In this document: positions 1 through 10,084 of the stretch, piece by piece
Layout of the letters: the number at the start of each line of letters is the position of its first letter
Numbering within the stretch: position 1 is the first letter of the stretch
Assembly: GCA_964562935.1 (NCBI GenBank)
Contig: CAZLVJ010000002.1
Location: forward strand, 844-64,843
Reading direction: 5' to 3'
Length of the DNA: 64,000 nucleotides
DNA from: an uncultured Nitrososphaerota archaeon
GTDB lineage: Archaea > Thermoproteota > Methanomethylicia > Nezhaarchaeales > WYZ-LMO8
Notes under the pieces: generated by a model
What the model saw: the letters and a program-made list of their open reading frames with translations, nothing else
The model's database searches: none
Told to the model about the DNA's origin: nothing
Translations under genes and position numbers: made by a program

Positions 1-406
1 TTATCGTGAGAACCACATCCCCGGCCTTTACTCTGGCAGCCGTTCCTATCGGGTCACCAAAGGCGAGGCGCATGCCGTCTTGGAGCCTATCAGCCCCGGC
101 AAATGCCATCATCTTGTTTTCTCTGAGGACGTGATGGGGATAGGGGTGGATTTTGAGGAAGTAGTTGTTCTCGCCAAGCCTCGAGGATAGGTATTTGCTA
201 CACGCAACTCTCATAGCCTCCAAGGCGTTGTGCCTTATCTGCGCTGGCTCTTTAGCCACCAATTGAATCACTAGGGGGAAGTCAGCTTTCGTGTTCCCCA
301 TCGTGAACTTAGTGATCTTCGGTGGCGGAACTCCACGTACATACTCCTTTCTAGTATAAGCCGGTCCCTTAACGAGCCTATAGCAACGAGCTGGTCTCAA
401 GGGCAT
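1..406 (-). CDS. rpl10e: 50S ribosomal protein L10e (uL16), 5' part; C-terminus runs off window
   Basis: Own translation of minus strand from ATG at 404-406: [34 protein letters not shown]..., classic L10e N-terminus; GGAGGTG SD 8 nt upstream. Confidence 0.85.
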   Translation of the reverse strand, partial: MPLRPARCYRLVKGPAYTRKEYVRGVPPPKITKFTMGNTKADFPLVIQLVAKEPAQIRHNALEAMRVACSKYLSSRLGENNYFLKIHPYPHHVLRENKMMAFAGADRLQDGMRLAFGDPIGTAARVKAGDVVLTI

Positions 407-443
407 ATCCTGTGCACCTCCTCTCTAAGGGGCCGGGATCTTT

Positions 444-1154
444 TTAGCTTTTCCTCGCAGCATAGGAGCTGAGCTTTAAATGCACTTTATGCAAGAAGGC
501 CAACATAATCTGCATTTCTTTTTGAGACGTGAAGGACTTGCCCAATATTCTCTTAAAAGCCAGTTGAGCCTTTGGCCTCTTTTCTTTTGGGAAGTCAATG
601 AGGGTTAATATCTCCGCGAAGTATTTGAGGGCTACCTCTCTTAACTTCGCATTGGCCAGCTTCGCCTTGGGCCTTATGTAGACTTTGGATAGCTCGTAGA
701 GTATTACCGCCATAGCGTGGGTGACGTTCATTACGGGGTATTCCTCGCTCGTGGGTATGTTCACGAGGACGTCACACATCGAGAGCTCCTCGTTGGTCAA
801 TCCTATGTCTTCACGGCCAAAGATCAATGCCACTCTTCCCTCATAACTCATCAGCTCATGTAGGTGCCAAGGAGGGACGACGCTTCTCAAGACATTCCGA
901 GAACTGGCTAATTTACCCGTCGTGCCTACCTTTAAATCGAAGCCTTTTAAGGCCTCTTCTAGGCTATCGACTACGATTGCGGATTCGAGGACGTCGCGGG
1001 CTTTTGCAGCAAACATTCTCGAAACCTCCGTGATGGGGGTTCGGGGCCTCACGAGGCACAAATTCTTAAAGCCGAAGTTCTTCATGATCCTACAGGCAAA
1101 GCCTATGTTAATTTCGTACAGCGGTTCCACGAGGACTATCCTGAATTGGGGCAC
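444..1154 (-). CDS. SPOUT/TrmH-family RNA 2'-O-methyltransferase (aTrmJ-like)
   Basis: 236 aa; IVLVEPLYEINIGFACRIMKNFG... and C-terminal NIPTSEEYPVMNVTHAMAVILYEL resemble SpoU/TrmH motifs. Confidence 0.55.
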   Translation of the reverse strand: MPQFRIVLVEPLYEINIGFACRIMKNFGFKNLCLVRPRTPITEVSRMFAAKARDVLESAIVVDSLEEALKGFDLKVGTTGKLASSRNVLRSVVPPWHLHELMSYEGRVALIFGREDIGLTNEELSMCDVLVNIPTSEEYPVMNVTHAMAVILYELSKVYIRPKAKLANAKLREVALKYFAEILTLIDFPKEKRPKAQLAFKRILGKSFTSQKEMQIMLAFLHKVHLKLSSYAARKS

Positions 1155-1741
1155 CTTTTCACCTCTACTAGGAAGAGTTCTTCAAACCACAGTTTCCTCT
1201 TAGCTAATATCGCCGAGTTAAAGCTGACAGCTTTAAGCCTAGACATGATTTTCGCGATGTCCGAAAGAGATGAGAAGACGAAGTATAGCTTGCCATTCTT
1301 GCTCAACAACCTATCTAGGTCATCGATTATTTTCGCAATTAAAGAAGTACCGTCGGAACCGCCGTTCCACGACAATTCATCTATACGCGGATCTCCAGTC
1401 GATGGCAAGTAAGGAGGGTTCATCACTATGACGTCGAAGTCGCACTTGTCCCTCAAGGCCGTCGTCGCATCGCCACACACAAAGCAAGTCAAATGATCGA
1501 CGTCGTTTATTCTGGCGTTGAACTTTGCGTTACGGATGGCTTTTCTGCTAATATCTATGCCTACTACATAGCAACCTTTTAGCGCGCACTTTATTGCTAG
1601 AATCCCTGTTCCAGTCCCTACGTCGAGCACTAACTCCTCACCGCTCAAGTTCAAGTTGTCTAGTAGCAGAAATGTATCGTCGGACGGCGGATAGACTCCT
1701 TCCCACACATGGATGACCATGCCGTCGAAAACGAGCTTCAA
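1136..1741 (-). CDS. HemK/Mtq2-like class I methyltransferase (NPPY motif)
   Basis: 201 aa; VLDVGTGTGILAI SAM motif, VMNPPYLP motif IV. Confidence 0.6.
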   Translation of the reverse strand: MKLVFDGMVIHVWEGVYPPSDDTFLLLDNLNLSGEELVLDVGTGTGILAIKCALKGCYVVGIDISRKAIRNAKFNARINDVDHLTCFVCGDATTALRDKCDFDVIVMNPPYLPSTGDPRIDELSWNGGSDGTSLIAKIIDDLDRLLSKNGKLYFVFSSLSDIAKIMSRLKAVSFNSAILAKRKLWFEELFLVEVKRCPNSG

Positions 1742-2589
1742 GGTTTCTTCCCCTCAGATATTAAGTACTCCTTCAGGACGTTGGATATATAAGCAAAGTC
1801 TGATGGTTTTAAGTCCCTGACCCTTTTGTTCATGTACCCCTCTAATCTCGCATCAGAGTACACCTTGTCATCTAATTTTAGCGATAGAAGTTTTGAAGTG
1901 ACAGTTCGCAGGGCCCTCCTTAGCAACTTGTTACGCTGAGTGAAGAGCCACTTGACAAGCTCCAAGTGCAAGTCCATGTCTATAATCTCATAGGGAGGCT
2001 TTCGTCTTTCAAACGCGACAACGGCCGAGTCGACTTCTGGCTCAGGGTAGAAGTCCGCTTTCCTTACTAACATAAGCAAGCGAGAAGAGAAAAAGGCGTC
2101 TAGAGAGACTGTTAGCCTTCCGTAGTCTCTAGTGCCAGGCTTCGAAGTTATGCGAAGAGCTAGCTCTTTTTGTAATGTCAGAACAGCCCTACTGAAAAAG
2201 CACTTCTGCGCTAATTTGAAGAGCAAGGGTGTGGCGATGTTGTAGGGGACGTTGGATATTACGACGTCGACCGAAGGCGGCGTAAACTTCAAGAAATCGG
2301 CTTCTATTAACACGACGTTGTCATAGCCCTTTAGCACCTCCTCTCGAAGGACCTTGCATAGAAGAGGATCGACCTCGATCGCGTAGACGAGCTTAGCTCT
2401 TGAGGCTAATGGCTCGGTTAAGGCCCCCAGCCCTGCTCCTACTTCTAAAACTACAAGATCGTCTACCTCTGAAAGCTCTACTATTCGCCGCGCGACTCTT
2501 TCATTAACTAAAAAAGATTGACCTAGCTCCTTCCTCGGTACTATGGAGTATTTCTTAATAAGTACCAAAGTACGTTCTCGCAAATTCAT
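1738..2589 (-). CDS. rsmA: 16S rRNA dimethyladenosine transferase KsgA/Dim1
   Basis: 283 aa; VLEVGAGLGALTEPLA and ISNVPYNI motifs; stop/start overlap with neighbours (operon). Confidence 0.85.
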   Translation of the reverse strand: MNLRERTLVLIKKYSIVPRKELGQSFLVNERVARRIVELSEVDDLVVLEVGAGLGALTEPLASRAKLVYAIEVDPLLCKVLREEVLKGYDNVVLIEADFLKFTPPSVDVVISNVPYNIATPLLFKLAQKCFFSRAVLTLQKELALRITSKPGTRDYGRLTVSLDAFFSSRLLMLVRKADFYPEPEVDSAVVAFERRKPPYEIIDMDLHLELVKWLFTQRNKLLRRALRTVTSKLLSLKLDDKVYSDARLEGYMNKRVRDLKPSDFAYISNVLKEYLISEGKKP

Positions 2590-3191
2590 GGCCCTGTTGC
2601 CTTTTCCTTAGAGACAGGTGGCACGGTAAACAGGTAGTACCTTTCGTTGCCCTTCAACTCTGTTAAAATCCTCTCAATCATTATGCCAACTATGTTGTTG
2701 ACTCCCGTCCTCTTCTCAAAATCCTCATAGCTAGCGAAAGGAGCCTTCTCCCTTTCCTTTATTATAATCCACATGGTCTTCTTTCCTATCCTAGGTAAGA
2801 GCTCGAGGGAGTGCATCTTAGTGGTCAAGGGTGGAGCGCTGTTCAAGAACTGTACGAACTTGTCCTCGCGCTCCCTCACTATCTTCTCTATCGCTCGGGG
2901 TAGCTCGTCTTTAGCGAAGGCCGTCAATTCTTCAAAGCTTAACCTCCTTATTATCCTATCTATCTTCTCTCTAAAACCCCTTCCTATGAAGACTCTTTCT
3001 CCGGGGGATAGGGGTACGTTCGGCTTTGGGACTAGCTCCAACAACATAAAGAAGTCCTCTCCGACCGCTTGTGCTATTGGTTTGCCCATGAAATGAGGGC
3101 GGCTCTCTCTGAGGTAACCTCTAGGGAGAAAATCTAGTATGTAGGCATATTCTTCAAATTTCTTCTTATCCCTAGTCCACAAATTTAACAC
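2586..3191 (-). CDS. DUF655/COG1491-like predicted nucleic-acid-binding protein (HhH)
   Basis: 201 aa; position between ksgA and rpoF matches conserved archaeal L21e-RpoF-COG1491-KsgA cluster. Confidence 0.35.
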   Translation of the reverse strand: MLNLWTRDKKKFEEYAYILDFLPRGYLRESRPHFMGKPIAQAVGEDFFMLLELVPKPNVPLSPGERVFIGRGFREKIDRIIRRLSFEELTAFAKDELPRAIEKIVREREDKFVQFLNSAPPLTTKMHSLELLPRIGKKTMWIIIKEREKAPFASYEDFEKRTGVNNIVGIMIERILTELKGNERYYLFTVPPVSKEKATGP

Positions 3192-3218
3192 CTTCTAATC
3201 AAGAAGGTGGCGAAAAGC

Positions 3219-3548
3219 TTACCCAAGATACATGCGAATTAATTCTAGGATCTTCTCAAGGTCCTCGCTCAGGAAGACCTTGCTTTCTTTAATGAGCAAA
3301 GTCCTAAGTTCCTCTATCGATGTGGGCAAAACATTTGCTATTTGCACAGCAACAATCCTAGAGACCTGGAATTTGCTCATAAGTTCCTCGACGAGCTTCT
3401 CGGCTTTATCAGGAGGAATTTTTGAAAATTTAGAGGCATGAGAAAGGGCGACCATTTGATACGGCTCCAGGGGGCCTCGTTTTTGCCTTAATTCGAGTAA
3501 ATCGCGCACTTTTGGTAAGGGAATCTCCTCGACCTTCAATATCTTCAT
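3219..3548 (-). CDS. rpoF: RNA polymerase subunit Rpo4 (RpoF)
   Basis: 109 aa, helical HRDC-like; conserved neighbourhood with L21e. Confidence 0.55.
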   Translation of the reverse strand: MKILKVEEIPLPKVRDLLELRQKRGPLEPYQMVALSHASKFSKIPPDKAEKLVEELMSKFQVSRIVAVQIANVLPTSIEELRTLLIKESKVFLSEDLEKILELIRMYLG

Positions 3549-3600
3549 CTCTAAGCCCTCACAGCTGTGAGAAGCTAACTGTGAAGTATCTCTCGCGAGG

Positions 3601-3615
3601 AATAAATATATTTAT
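3601..3615. promoter_or_regulatory. Palindromic TATA-like element (aataaatatatttat) in divergent rpoF/rpl21e intergenic region
   Basis: Perfect AT palindrome 53 nt from the rpoF start and 63 nt from the rpl21e start. Confidence 0.3.
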
Positions 3616-3677
3616 AGCTTGGAGGCCCGCTACTCAACCTAAGCTCTCTGAAGGCATTTGAATGCAAGGCGATTAAG

Positions 3678-3977
3678 ATGAAGCGCTCTAAGGGTCTGAG
3701 GAGCAGAGGTAGGAGCCTATTATCAAAGCATCCACGCGAGAGCGGCATGAGAGGGCTAAGCTATTTATTAATAGAGTACAAAATAGGCGATAGAGTCTGC
3801 TTCGACATAGACCCTTCAAAGATTAGAACAGCCCCTCACAGAAGATACCATGGGCTTACGGGAGTGATAATAGGCAAGAGGGGCAGGGCATATGTAATTG
3901 AGACCAAGCTCGGCGATAAGCGCAAGGTAGTGATAACGACACCAGATCACATAAAGCCTCTCAGCACTACAACTTAG
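3678..3977 (+). CDS. rpl21e: 50S ribosomal protein L21e
   Basis: 99 aa; MKRSKGLRSRGRSLLSKHPRE...YKIGDRV typical L21e. Confidence 0.85.
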   Translation: MKRSKGLRSRGRSLLSKHPRESGMRGLSYLLIEYKIGDRVCFDIDPSKIRTAPHRRYHGLTGVIIGKRGRAYVIETKLGDKRKVVITTPDHIKPLSTTT

Positions 3978-5311
3978 TCTTCAACCTCTAAAACATCCAG
4001 CTCTAGAACCCTAAGCTTCGTGCCAAGAATTTCTTGAAAGCTCGGTGAAGTCCTACCCTCATCTCCATGAATGAGCTCCTTAACGTAGAGGCCACCTTGG
4101 CACTTTATCCAAACCTCGAAGGTATTATCTTTGACATCCATCACCTTTACTTCGTACACTTTCTTCATCCGTAGCTTGTCAGCTCGACGATGTAAAACTC
4201 TTCGAGGGGTCCACTGCCTTATTGTAGCCCCTTGAAAGTACTTACTGAGAGTCTCTAGTGTCCCTCTCTCTAAAGGCTCCTCAGTCATCACCAGCGCTCT
4301 GTAGGTCTTCGCCTTCACTTTGGCCGAGAGCTTAAGCTTTCCTATTGTGGACCTGTCCGTGTACGATAGGCCTAAGACCTCTACAATTCCTTGGGACCTC
4401 TCGTTGATCTCGCGCTGTAGCTCTTCGAGATTGATAAACCTCTTCTTGGGCTCCAGGACCTCTACGACAAAAGGCCTTCCTGAGCCCAAAACCCTTACGT
4501 CTATGTCCTCTCTTCCAGCCCCATGGAATCGGGCTCGGTGAGCTTCAAACTTCTCAATTATGGGCTTGGTTATAAGCTCCTCGACTGAGAGTTCGTAACG
4601 TTTTCCGGTCCAATTACACTCAGGACACCCTGTCCCCCTGCACTTAGAGCAGAACCATCTAGATTGAGGTACTCCACGAATCAGCTTCCTATAACGCCCG
4701 TATATGAAAACTGGGCTTGGCTTAATCTCTGCGACCATCTTATGAAAGTCTAGCACTATGAGAACGTCGGGCTTTTGAAACTCAGGCTTTTTCCCGGTCT
4801 TAGACATTATAATCAAGCTAGCCTCTCTATTTATCTCCCTCTTTATAGACTCCCCCCAATCTACCTCAAGGTAAGACCTTATGTCGTCCTCCTTCTCCAC
4901 TATGTTGCCAGGTACTTTGCACCCAACCAAGTACGTGTTGAAATCGTATTCGAGCAAACTGACGATGACTTTTTCTGCAAGCTGTCGCAAGGGTTCGTAA
5001 AGCAATCCCCCACATACCTCACACGGAGATGTCTCAGGTACATCAAAGCCGTTTTTGGCCAAAAGTTCTCTCGCGGCCTTGAAGCCCGTCTTTGCGATGT
5101 TTTGCAAGATGCTGATAGCTTCTTGGTCTTCCTTGCCCAGAAGACTTGAAGCTATCATGCAAATAACGGTCTTCAAGCTCGAGCCCCTAGTCTCATTATC
5201 CAAAGCGAAGCCCAAGTTCGCGAAGAACCTGCCAAAGCACTTGTCACAAAGCACAGCCCTCTTCGCTAGTTTAAGGGCTTTTTCGATGACCAAAGATGTG
5301 GCGCTCAGCAT
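3974..5311 (-). CDS. pus10: tRNA pseudouridine(54/55) synthase Pus10
   Basis: 445 aa; N-terminal Cys pairs, GAGREDIDVRVLG catalytic-Asp motif, C-terminal ELIHGDEGRTSPS. Confidence 0.75.
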   Translation of the reverse strand: MLSATSLVIEKALKLAKRAVLCDKCFGRFFANLGFALDNETRGSSLKTVICMIASSLLGKEDQEAISILQNIAKTGFKAARELLAKNGFDVPETSPCEVCGGLLYEPLRQLAEKVIVSLLEYDFNTYLVGCKVPGNIVEKEDDIRSYLEVDWGESIKREINREASLIIMSKTGKKPEFQKPDVLIVLDFHKMVAEIKPSPVFIYGRYRKLIRGVPQSRWFCSKCRGTGCPECNWTGKRYELSVEELITKPIIEKFEAHRARFHGAGREDIDVRVLGSGRPFVVEVLEPKKRFINLEELQREINERSQGIVEVLGLSYTDRSTIGKLKLSAKVKAKTYRALVMTEEPLERGTLETLSKYFQGATIRQWTPRRVLHRRADKLRMKKVYEVKVMDVKDNTFEVWIKCQGGLYVKELIHGDEGRTSPSFQEILGTKLRVLELDVLEVED

Positions 5312-5343
5312 GTTACAATACCTCTAATGCTCAAACAGGCCCT

Positions 5344-6675
5344 TCAGATCTTAAAAGGCAAGGGCAAGCGTCCTTTCCTTTGTCTTCTTAGTACTGTCTT
5401 CATCATTCGTTTCATTGCTTCGTAGGTGTCTAGGAGCTCCCTAACCTCTTTAACCTTTACACCGCTACCTCGAGCTATCCTCCTCATCCTAGACCTGTTT
5501 ATGATCTCCGGATGTCCCAGTTCCTCAGCGGTCATCGATTTTACTATAACAGTCCACTTTTCGAGCTTTTCCTGTGCTATATCTGCAATTTCGTCAGGTA
5601 AGCTTAGGCCAAAGCCTGGTATCATCTCAAGAACCTTTCGCAACGGACCTAACTTTTTGAGCCCTTCGAGCTGATTAATCATGTCTTCCAGCGTGAACTT
5701 CCCACTAATTAAGCCCTTCATCTGCTCTTCTTTAAGCGAAGCCTCCTTCACCCTCTCTGCTAGCGACTTAAGGTCTCCCATGCCTAAGAGGCGGCCCACG
5801 AAGCTCGATGGCTCAAAAACCTCAAGCTCCTCTATTTTCTCCCCCACTCCCACGAACTTTATTCGCGCGCCCGTGGCGACAACGGCCGAGAGAGCGCCAC
5901 CTCCTCTAGCAGCTCCGTCCAGCTTAGTCACTATTATTGACCCCACTTTGGTTGCACTGTTGAACGCTTCTGCTTGAGGCTTGGCTTGTTGGCCTATCGT
6001 AGCATCAATCACGAGCATGACCTCATCCGGCCTTATAGCTTCTGACAATTGCTTCATCTCCTCCATCAAAGTGACCTCGCTTTTGTGTCGCCCGGCCGTG
6101 TCAATGATTATAACGTTGCAACCCATGCTCTTGAGGGATTCGACACCTCTAAGGGCTATTTCCACGGGATCTCCAGTCTTCTCGCCGTAAAATGGGACGC
6201 CAACCCTCATAACCAGTTGCTTTAATTGGTCGTAGGCCCCTGGCCTGAACGTGTCTGCGCAGACTACGCCTGGGCGATACCCCTTCCTCTTGTAGAACCA
6301 TGCCAGTTTAGCAGCAGTGGTGGTCTTGCCAGATCCCTGCACTCCTACTAACATAAGCACAATCGGTTTATTCGTGGGGTATAGTACGTCGGGCTGTCTC
6401 TCCCCTCCTAAGAGTTCTACGAGGGATTCGTAGAGGGCCTTTAACGTCACCTCTCTTCGAGTAAAGCCTGAGGGCACGGGCTCTTTGAAGGCTCTCTCCT
6501 CAATCTTTTGAGTTATCTTGAGGACTAGTTCGACGTTGACGTCTGCCAGTAAGAGGGCCCTCTGCACATCCCTTATCAGTTCCTTGACTGCGAGCTCATC
6601 TGCTACAGGCCTTCCCAAGAACTTCTTTATGGCCTCTCGGAGCGATGCACCTAACTTGCTTAACATCAATCTCAA
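5344..6675 (-). CDS. srp54: Signal recognition particle protein SRP54
   Basis: 443 aa; N+G domains with GVQGSGKTTTAAKLA P-loop, M domain Met-rich C-terminus. Confidence 0.9.
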   Translation of the reverse strand: MRLMLSKLGASLREAIKKFLGRPVADELAVKELIRDVQRALLLADVNVELVLKITQKIEERAFKEPVPSGFTRREVTLKALYESLVELLGGERQPDVLYPTNKPIVLMLVGVQGSGKTTTAAKLAWFYKRKGYRPGVVCADTFRPGAYDQLKQLVMRVGVPFYGEKTGDPVEIALRGVESLKSMGCNVIIIDTAGRHKSEVTLMEEMKQLSEAIRPDEVMLVIDATIGQQAKPQAEAFNSATKVGSIIVTKLDGAARGGGALSAVVATGARIKFVGVGEKIEELEVFEPSSFVGRLLGMGDLKSLAERVKEASLKEEQMKGLISGKFTLEDMINQLEGLKKLGPLRKVLEMIPGFGLSLPDEIADIAQEKLEKWTVIVKSMTAEELGHPEIINRSRMRRIARGSGVKVKEVRELLDTYEAMKRMMKTVLRRQRKGRLPLPFKI

Positions 6676-6729
6676 ATCCCTTGTTAGCGAATATGCTTAA
6701 ATCTATAGCGCTACCTTTCAGATTTTGCT

Positions 6730-7809
6730 TTGGACATGTACGACTTGAAGATTAACGAGGTCTTGGGCTTCGCACGCAAAAGAGGCGTAAAGAGGTTGCT
6801 CTTACAGTTCGCCGACGGATTGAAGCAGCATTCATGCTCTGTTATAGAAGAGTTTAGCAGGGAGCTACCAAACGTTGAGGTCATAGTCTCAGGCTCAAGC
6901 TGCTACGGTGCTTGCGACGTGGCGTTTGAGGAGGCGCTAAAGGTTAATGCTGATGGAATTGTTCACTATGGACACACCCCCTTTCCAGAGACCTTCGCTC
7001 ACGCCGATGAACTCGGTATCGACACGTTCTTCGTAGAAGCTTTTTCGAGGGCAGAGCTACTCTCTGAAGCAGTCGATAGAGCTCTTGACGTCTTATGTTC
7101 TATGAAGGGCGTCGTTGACGTGGGCGTCACAGCATCTCTTCAAGAGGTGCCTTGCATAGCGTTACTCAGGCAACGCCTCGAAGAAGAGGGCTATCGGGTC
7201 CACGTAGGCGTTGGCTCTGACAGGGTGAAGTACGCTGGCCAGGTCTTAGGTTGCGACTACACCTCAGCTCTATCCATTAAGGATAAGGTTGAGGTCTTTA
7301 TACACCTGGGCGGAGGTCTTTTTCACGCCCTAGGTTTAGGGTTGGCAACTCAAATGCCGGTAGTGCTATGCGATCCCTATCGAGGTGAGGCGAGGGAGAT
7401 AGGGCACGAAGTGAAAAAGGTGAAGTCGACGAGGCTCTACTACGTGGTCAGAGCCATGGAAGAGGCAAGGCAGTATTGCATAGTCGTAGGATGTAAATGG
7501 CGGCAGAGACATCTCTACTCTGCAATGAGAGTAAAGAGATTACTCGAGGAGAGGGGAAAGAAGGTCTGTCTTTTAACTCTATACGAAGTGTCGCCGCAAG
7601 CCTTAGAGAATTTTCCAGAGCCTGATGCTTTTGTTATAACGGCCTGCCCCAGGATTCCAATCGATGACTACATGAACTATAGGAGGCCCTTGCTGACGGT
7701 TCTTGAAGCATTAATAGTAGCTGGGGAATTAAAGCTCGAGGAGTGGTCTTTGTGTGATTGGAAATTTAACGAAAAAGCAACTCGCAATATTGCTCTCGAA
7801 AGTAGATGA
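6730..7809 (+). CDS. dph2: Diphthamide synthesis radical-SAM enzyme Dph2
   Basis: 359 aa; LLLQFADGLKQ and SCYGACDV motifs. Confidence 0.75.
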   Translation: MDMYDLKINEVLGFARKRGVKRLLLQFADGLKQHSCSVIEEFSRELPNVEVIVSGSSCYGACDVAFEEALKVNADGIVHYGHTPFPETFAHADELGIDTFFVEAFSRAELLSEAVDRALDVLCSMKGVVDVGVTASLQEVPCIALLRQRLEEEGYRVHVGVGSDRVKYAGQVLGCDYTSALSIKDKVEVFIHLGGGLFHALGLGLATQMPVVLCDPYRGEAREIGHEVKKVKSTRLYYVVRAMEEARQYCIVVGCKWRQRHLYSAMRVKRLLEERGKKVCLLTLYEVSPQALENFPEPDAFVITACPRIPIDDYMNYRRPLLTVLEALIVAGELKLEEWSLCDWKFNEKATRNIALESR

Positions 7810-8392
7810 GCATCCGGAGCCCAAGGTCTTGCTAGAGCAGTACACATTGGCGAGCGAAGAGGTGAGCGATATACTGTGGACCATAGAAACGGCATTTGGC
7901 GACATAAGCGGGAAGGTGCTTGTGGACTTAGGTTGCGGGACTGGGAGGTTGGCCATAGGTTCGGCACTGCTTGGCGCGAGCTACGTCGTCGGCGTCGATG
8001 TGGACGAAGTCGCGTTGAGGGTGGCTGCCAAATCTGCCAAGAAGCTGGGGGTCGAAGATAGGACCTCGTGGGTTTTAGCTTCAGTCCAAAACCTCGACAT
8101 GAGAGCCGACGTCGTAGTTCAAAACCCTCCCTACGGAGTGAAAAGAGAAGGAGCTGATAGGCCCTTCCTAGAGGCCGCCCTAAAAATAGCTCCTATAGTC
8201 TATAGCCTTCACAAATCGGGCTGGAAGAATAGGCAGTTTCTGAAAAGGTTTATCAAGAGCTTGGGTGGAATAGTTGACAGAGTCATACCCCTTGAAATAA
8301 CTATAAGACCGACCTTCGAGTTCCACGCCAAGAAGAGCTACAAGGTTAAGGTGGACCTTTATAGGATAATGAGGAAGAGTGAAGGTTCATGA
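7754..8392 (+). CDS. METTL5-like RNA methyltransferase (COG2263)
   Basis: 212 aa; VDLGCGTGRLAIG SAM motif; VVQNPPYG; conserved Dph2-MTase-Csl4-RpoL cluster. Confidence 0.6.
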   Translation: MIGNLTKKQLAILLSKVDEHPEPKVLLEQYTLASEEVSDILWTIETAFGDISGKVLVDLGCGTGRLAIGSALLGASYVVGVDVDEVALRVAAKSAKKLGVEDRTSWVLASVQNLDMRADVVVQNPPYGVKREGADRPFLEAALKIAPIVYSLHKSGWKNRQFLKRFIKSLGGIVDRVIPLEITIRPTFEFHAKKSYKVKVDLYRIMRKSEGS

Positions 8393-8967
8393 ACGAAAAG
8401 GTGTTGAAAGACGTCGTAGTCCCAGGAGAGGAAATAGGCGTTATAGAGGAGTTTCTGCCAGGAGAGGGCACCTATGTAGATGGCGGCTCCGTAAGGTCAA
8501 TGATTTTGGGCACGGCTATCTTGAAGGTCAACGAAAGAAGGGTAGAGGTTCATCCATTGATCAAAAGGGGGCCTCTTGTTATAGAGAGAGGCGACGTAGT
8601 GCTAGGAGAGGTCGTCGGGATGAAGAAGGACGTCGCGGTGGTGCTGATAAGGAAGGTCGAGGACAAAAACTTGGTCTTAAGCGAGCCACTTCACGGGATG
8701 CTTCACATAAGTCAGGTCAGCGACAAGTTCGTGGAGTTTTTATCCGATATGGTGAGGGTGACTGACATTTTGAGGGCTAAGGTGATAAACCCGAGGCCGC
8801 CGTATCAATTGTCGATAAAGGAAAGAGGGTTGGGCGTGGTAACGGCCTTCTGCACTAACTGCCAAACTCCCATGACTATTAAGAATAGAAAACTTTATTG
8901 TCCGAAATGTAGAGTGCAGGAGGAAAGGAAGCTCTCTGCGAAGTACTCGACAAACCTTAAGCTATAG
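8389..8967 (+). CDS. csl4: Exosome cap subunit Csl4 (S1 + zinc ribbon)
   Basis: 192 aa; S1-like N-domain, C-terminal CTNCQTPM...CPKC zinc ribbon. Confidence 0.75.
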   Translation: MNEKVLKDVVVPGEEIGVIEEFLPGEGTYVDGGSVRSMILGTAILKVNERRVEVHPLIKRGPLVIERGDVVLGEVVGMKKDVAVVLIRKVEDKNLVLSEPLHGMLHISQVSDKFVEFLSDMVRVTDILRAKVINPRPPYQLSIKERGLGVVTAFCTNCQTPMTIKNRKLYCPKCRVQEERKLSAKYSTNLKL

Positions 8968-9275
8968 TGGTTGATAAGATGAGGATAAGGATATTGGAGA
9001 GGGGCGAGAGGGGCCTGAAGATAGAGATAATAGGAGAGGGGCACACCTTCTGCAATTTGCTGAGAGACTTCTTGCTGAGGAACCCTAACGTCGAATTCGC
9101 GGCTTATAGAATTGACCATCCGCTTGTCTCCAACCCGGTATTTTACGTGAGGACCAAAGACGGGAAGCCCGAAGAGGCGTTAAAGAAAGCGGCAGAAGAC
9201 ATAGTCGCTGCTCTTGAGAATTTTAAGAATATCTTTAGCTCTGCTTTAAGCAAAGAAAGGGCCTCTTCATCATGA
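8967..9275 (+). CDS. rpoL: RNA polymerase subunit Rpo11 (RpoL)
   Basis: 102 aa; GEGHTFCNLLRDFLLRNPNVEFAAYRIDHPL matches RpoL signature. Confidence 0.8.
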   Translation: MVDKMRIRILERGERGLKIEIIGEGHTFCNLLRDFLLRNPNVEFAAYRIDHPLVSNPVFYVRTKDGKPEEALKKAAEDIVAALENFKNIFSSALSKERASSS

Positions 9276-9679
9276 AGAGAGAGCAAAGAGTTCTGGCCAT
9301 AACTGGAGACAGGCAAGTCGTAGTCTGCGTTCTGTTCAGAGGGAAGCTCTGGTTTGAGAGCTTAGAAGTAAGGGTTTTGGACGGGAAGGAGAAAGGCGAT
9401 GAGTTTTTCAAATCAAGGTATCTGGACCAAGCGAGGACAGTCCTCGTTGACGAGGGGCTTTTGAAGAGCTTTGAAGTCGACGTCGAAAAGACTTTTTTAG
9501 ACGTCTCGAAAAAGAGGAGGGTCGAAATAATATTAGTTAAGGAGAAGAAGGGGGACGACATCCTTATTTCTCATGAAAAAATTAAGAGATTGTGCGTCCA
9601 AGGCGATGTTCCAGAAGCTTTAAGAGTTGCAAGGAGGATTTTTTACGAAATACGCAATATAATCAGCAGAACGGTTTGA
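9272..9679 (+). CDS. Hypothetical protein (possibly DUF99/UPF0215-like)
   Basis: 135 aa; ATGA overlap with rpoL suggests co-transcription. Confidence 0.3.
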   Translation: MKREQRVLAITGDRQVVVCVLFRGKLWFESLEVRVLDGKEKGDEFFKSRYLDQARTVLVDEGLLKSFEVDVEKTFLDVSKKRRVEIILVKEKKGDDILISHEKIKRLCVQGDVPEALRVARRIFYEIRNIISRTV

Positions 9680-9680
9680 G

Positions 9681-10019
9681 GTGAGCACCCTGCTGCCTCT
9701 GTGTCCGAGATGTGGCACCCTTATGACGTTAAAAAGGGAGAACGAGAGGTCTTTCTGGGCCTGTAGGCGTTGCGGTTACTCCGAAGAGAGGGGACAGCTT
9801 GTAAAAAGAGAGCAGATAACTCACACGCAGAAGGAGAAGGTGATAGTCGTCGAAGAGGGAAGCTCCTATAAGGCCATGCCGAAGACAGCGGCTTCTTGTC
9901 CAGAGTGCGGGCACAATGAAGCCTTTTACTGGATGGTTCAGACGCGCAGGGGCGATGAGGGTATGACGAGGTTCTATAGATGCGTAAAATGCGGAAGGAC
10001 GTGGAGGGAATACCATTAA
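9681..10019 (+). CDS. tfs: Transcription factor S (TFS/RpoM-like), GTG start
   Basis: 112 aa; N-terminal CPRCG...CRRCG ribbon and C-terminal TFIIS-type ribbon CPECGHNEAFYWMVQTRRGDEG...CVKCG. Confidence 0.7.
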   Translation: MSTLLPLCPRCGTLMTLKRENERSFWACRRCGYSEERGQLVKREQITHTQKEKVIVVEEGSSYKAMPKTAASCPECGHNEAFYWMVQTRRGDEGMTRFYRCVKCGRTWREYH

Positions 10020-10084
10020 CTAAGACGAGCGTTGATTAGAGTTAAATATTGAAGTGCACACAACTCTAGCTAGGAGGGCGACTT

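Noticed and set aside
8379-8765. 128-aa Arg-rich ORF (RRRSPRRGNRRYRG...)
   Set aside because: It is an alternate frame of the well-supported csl4 gene. Its composition is an artefact of GA-rich codons.
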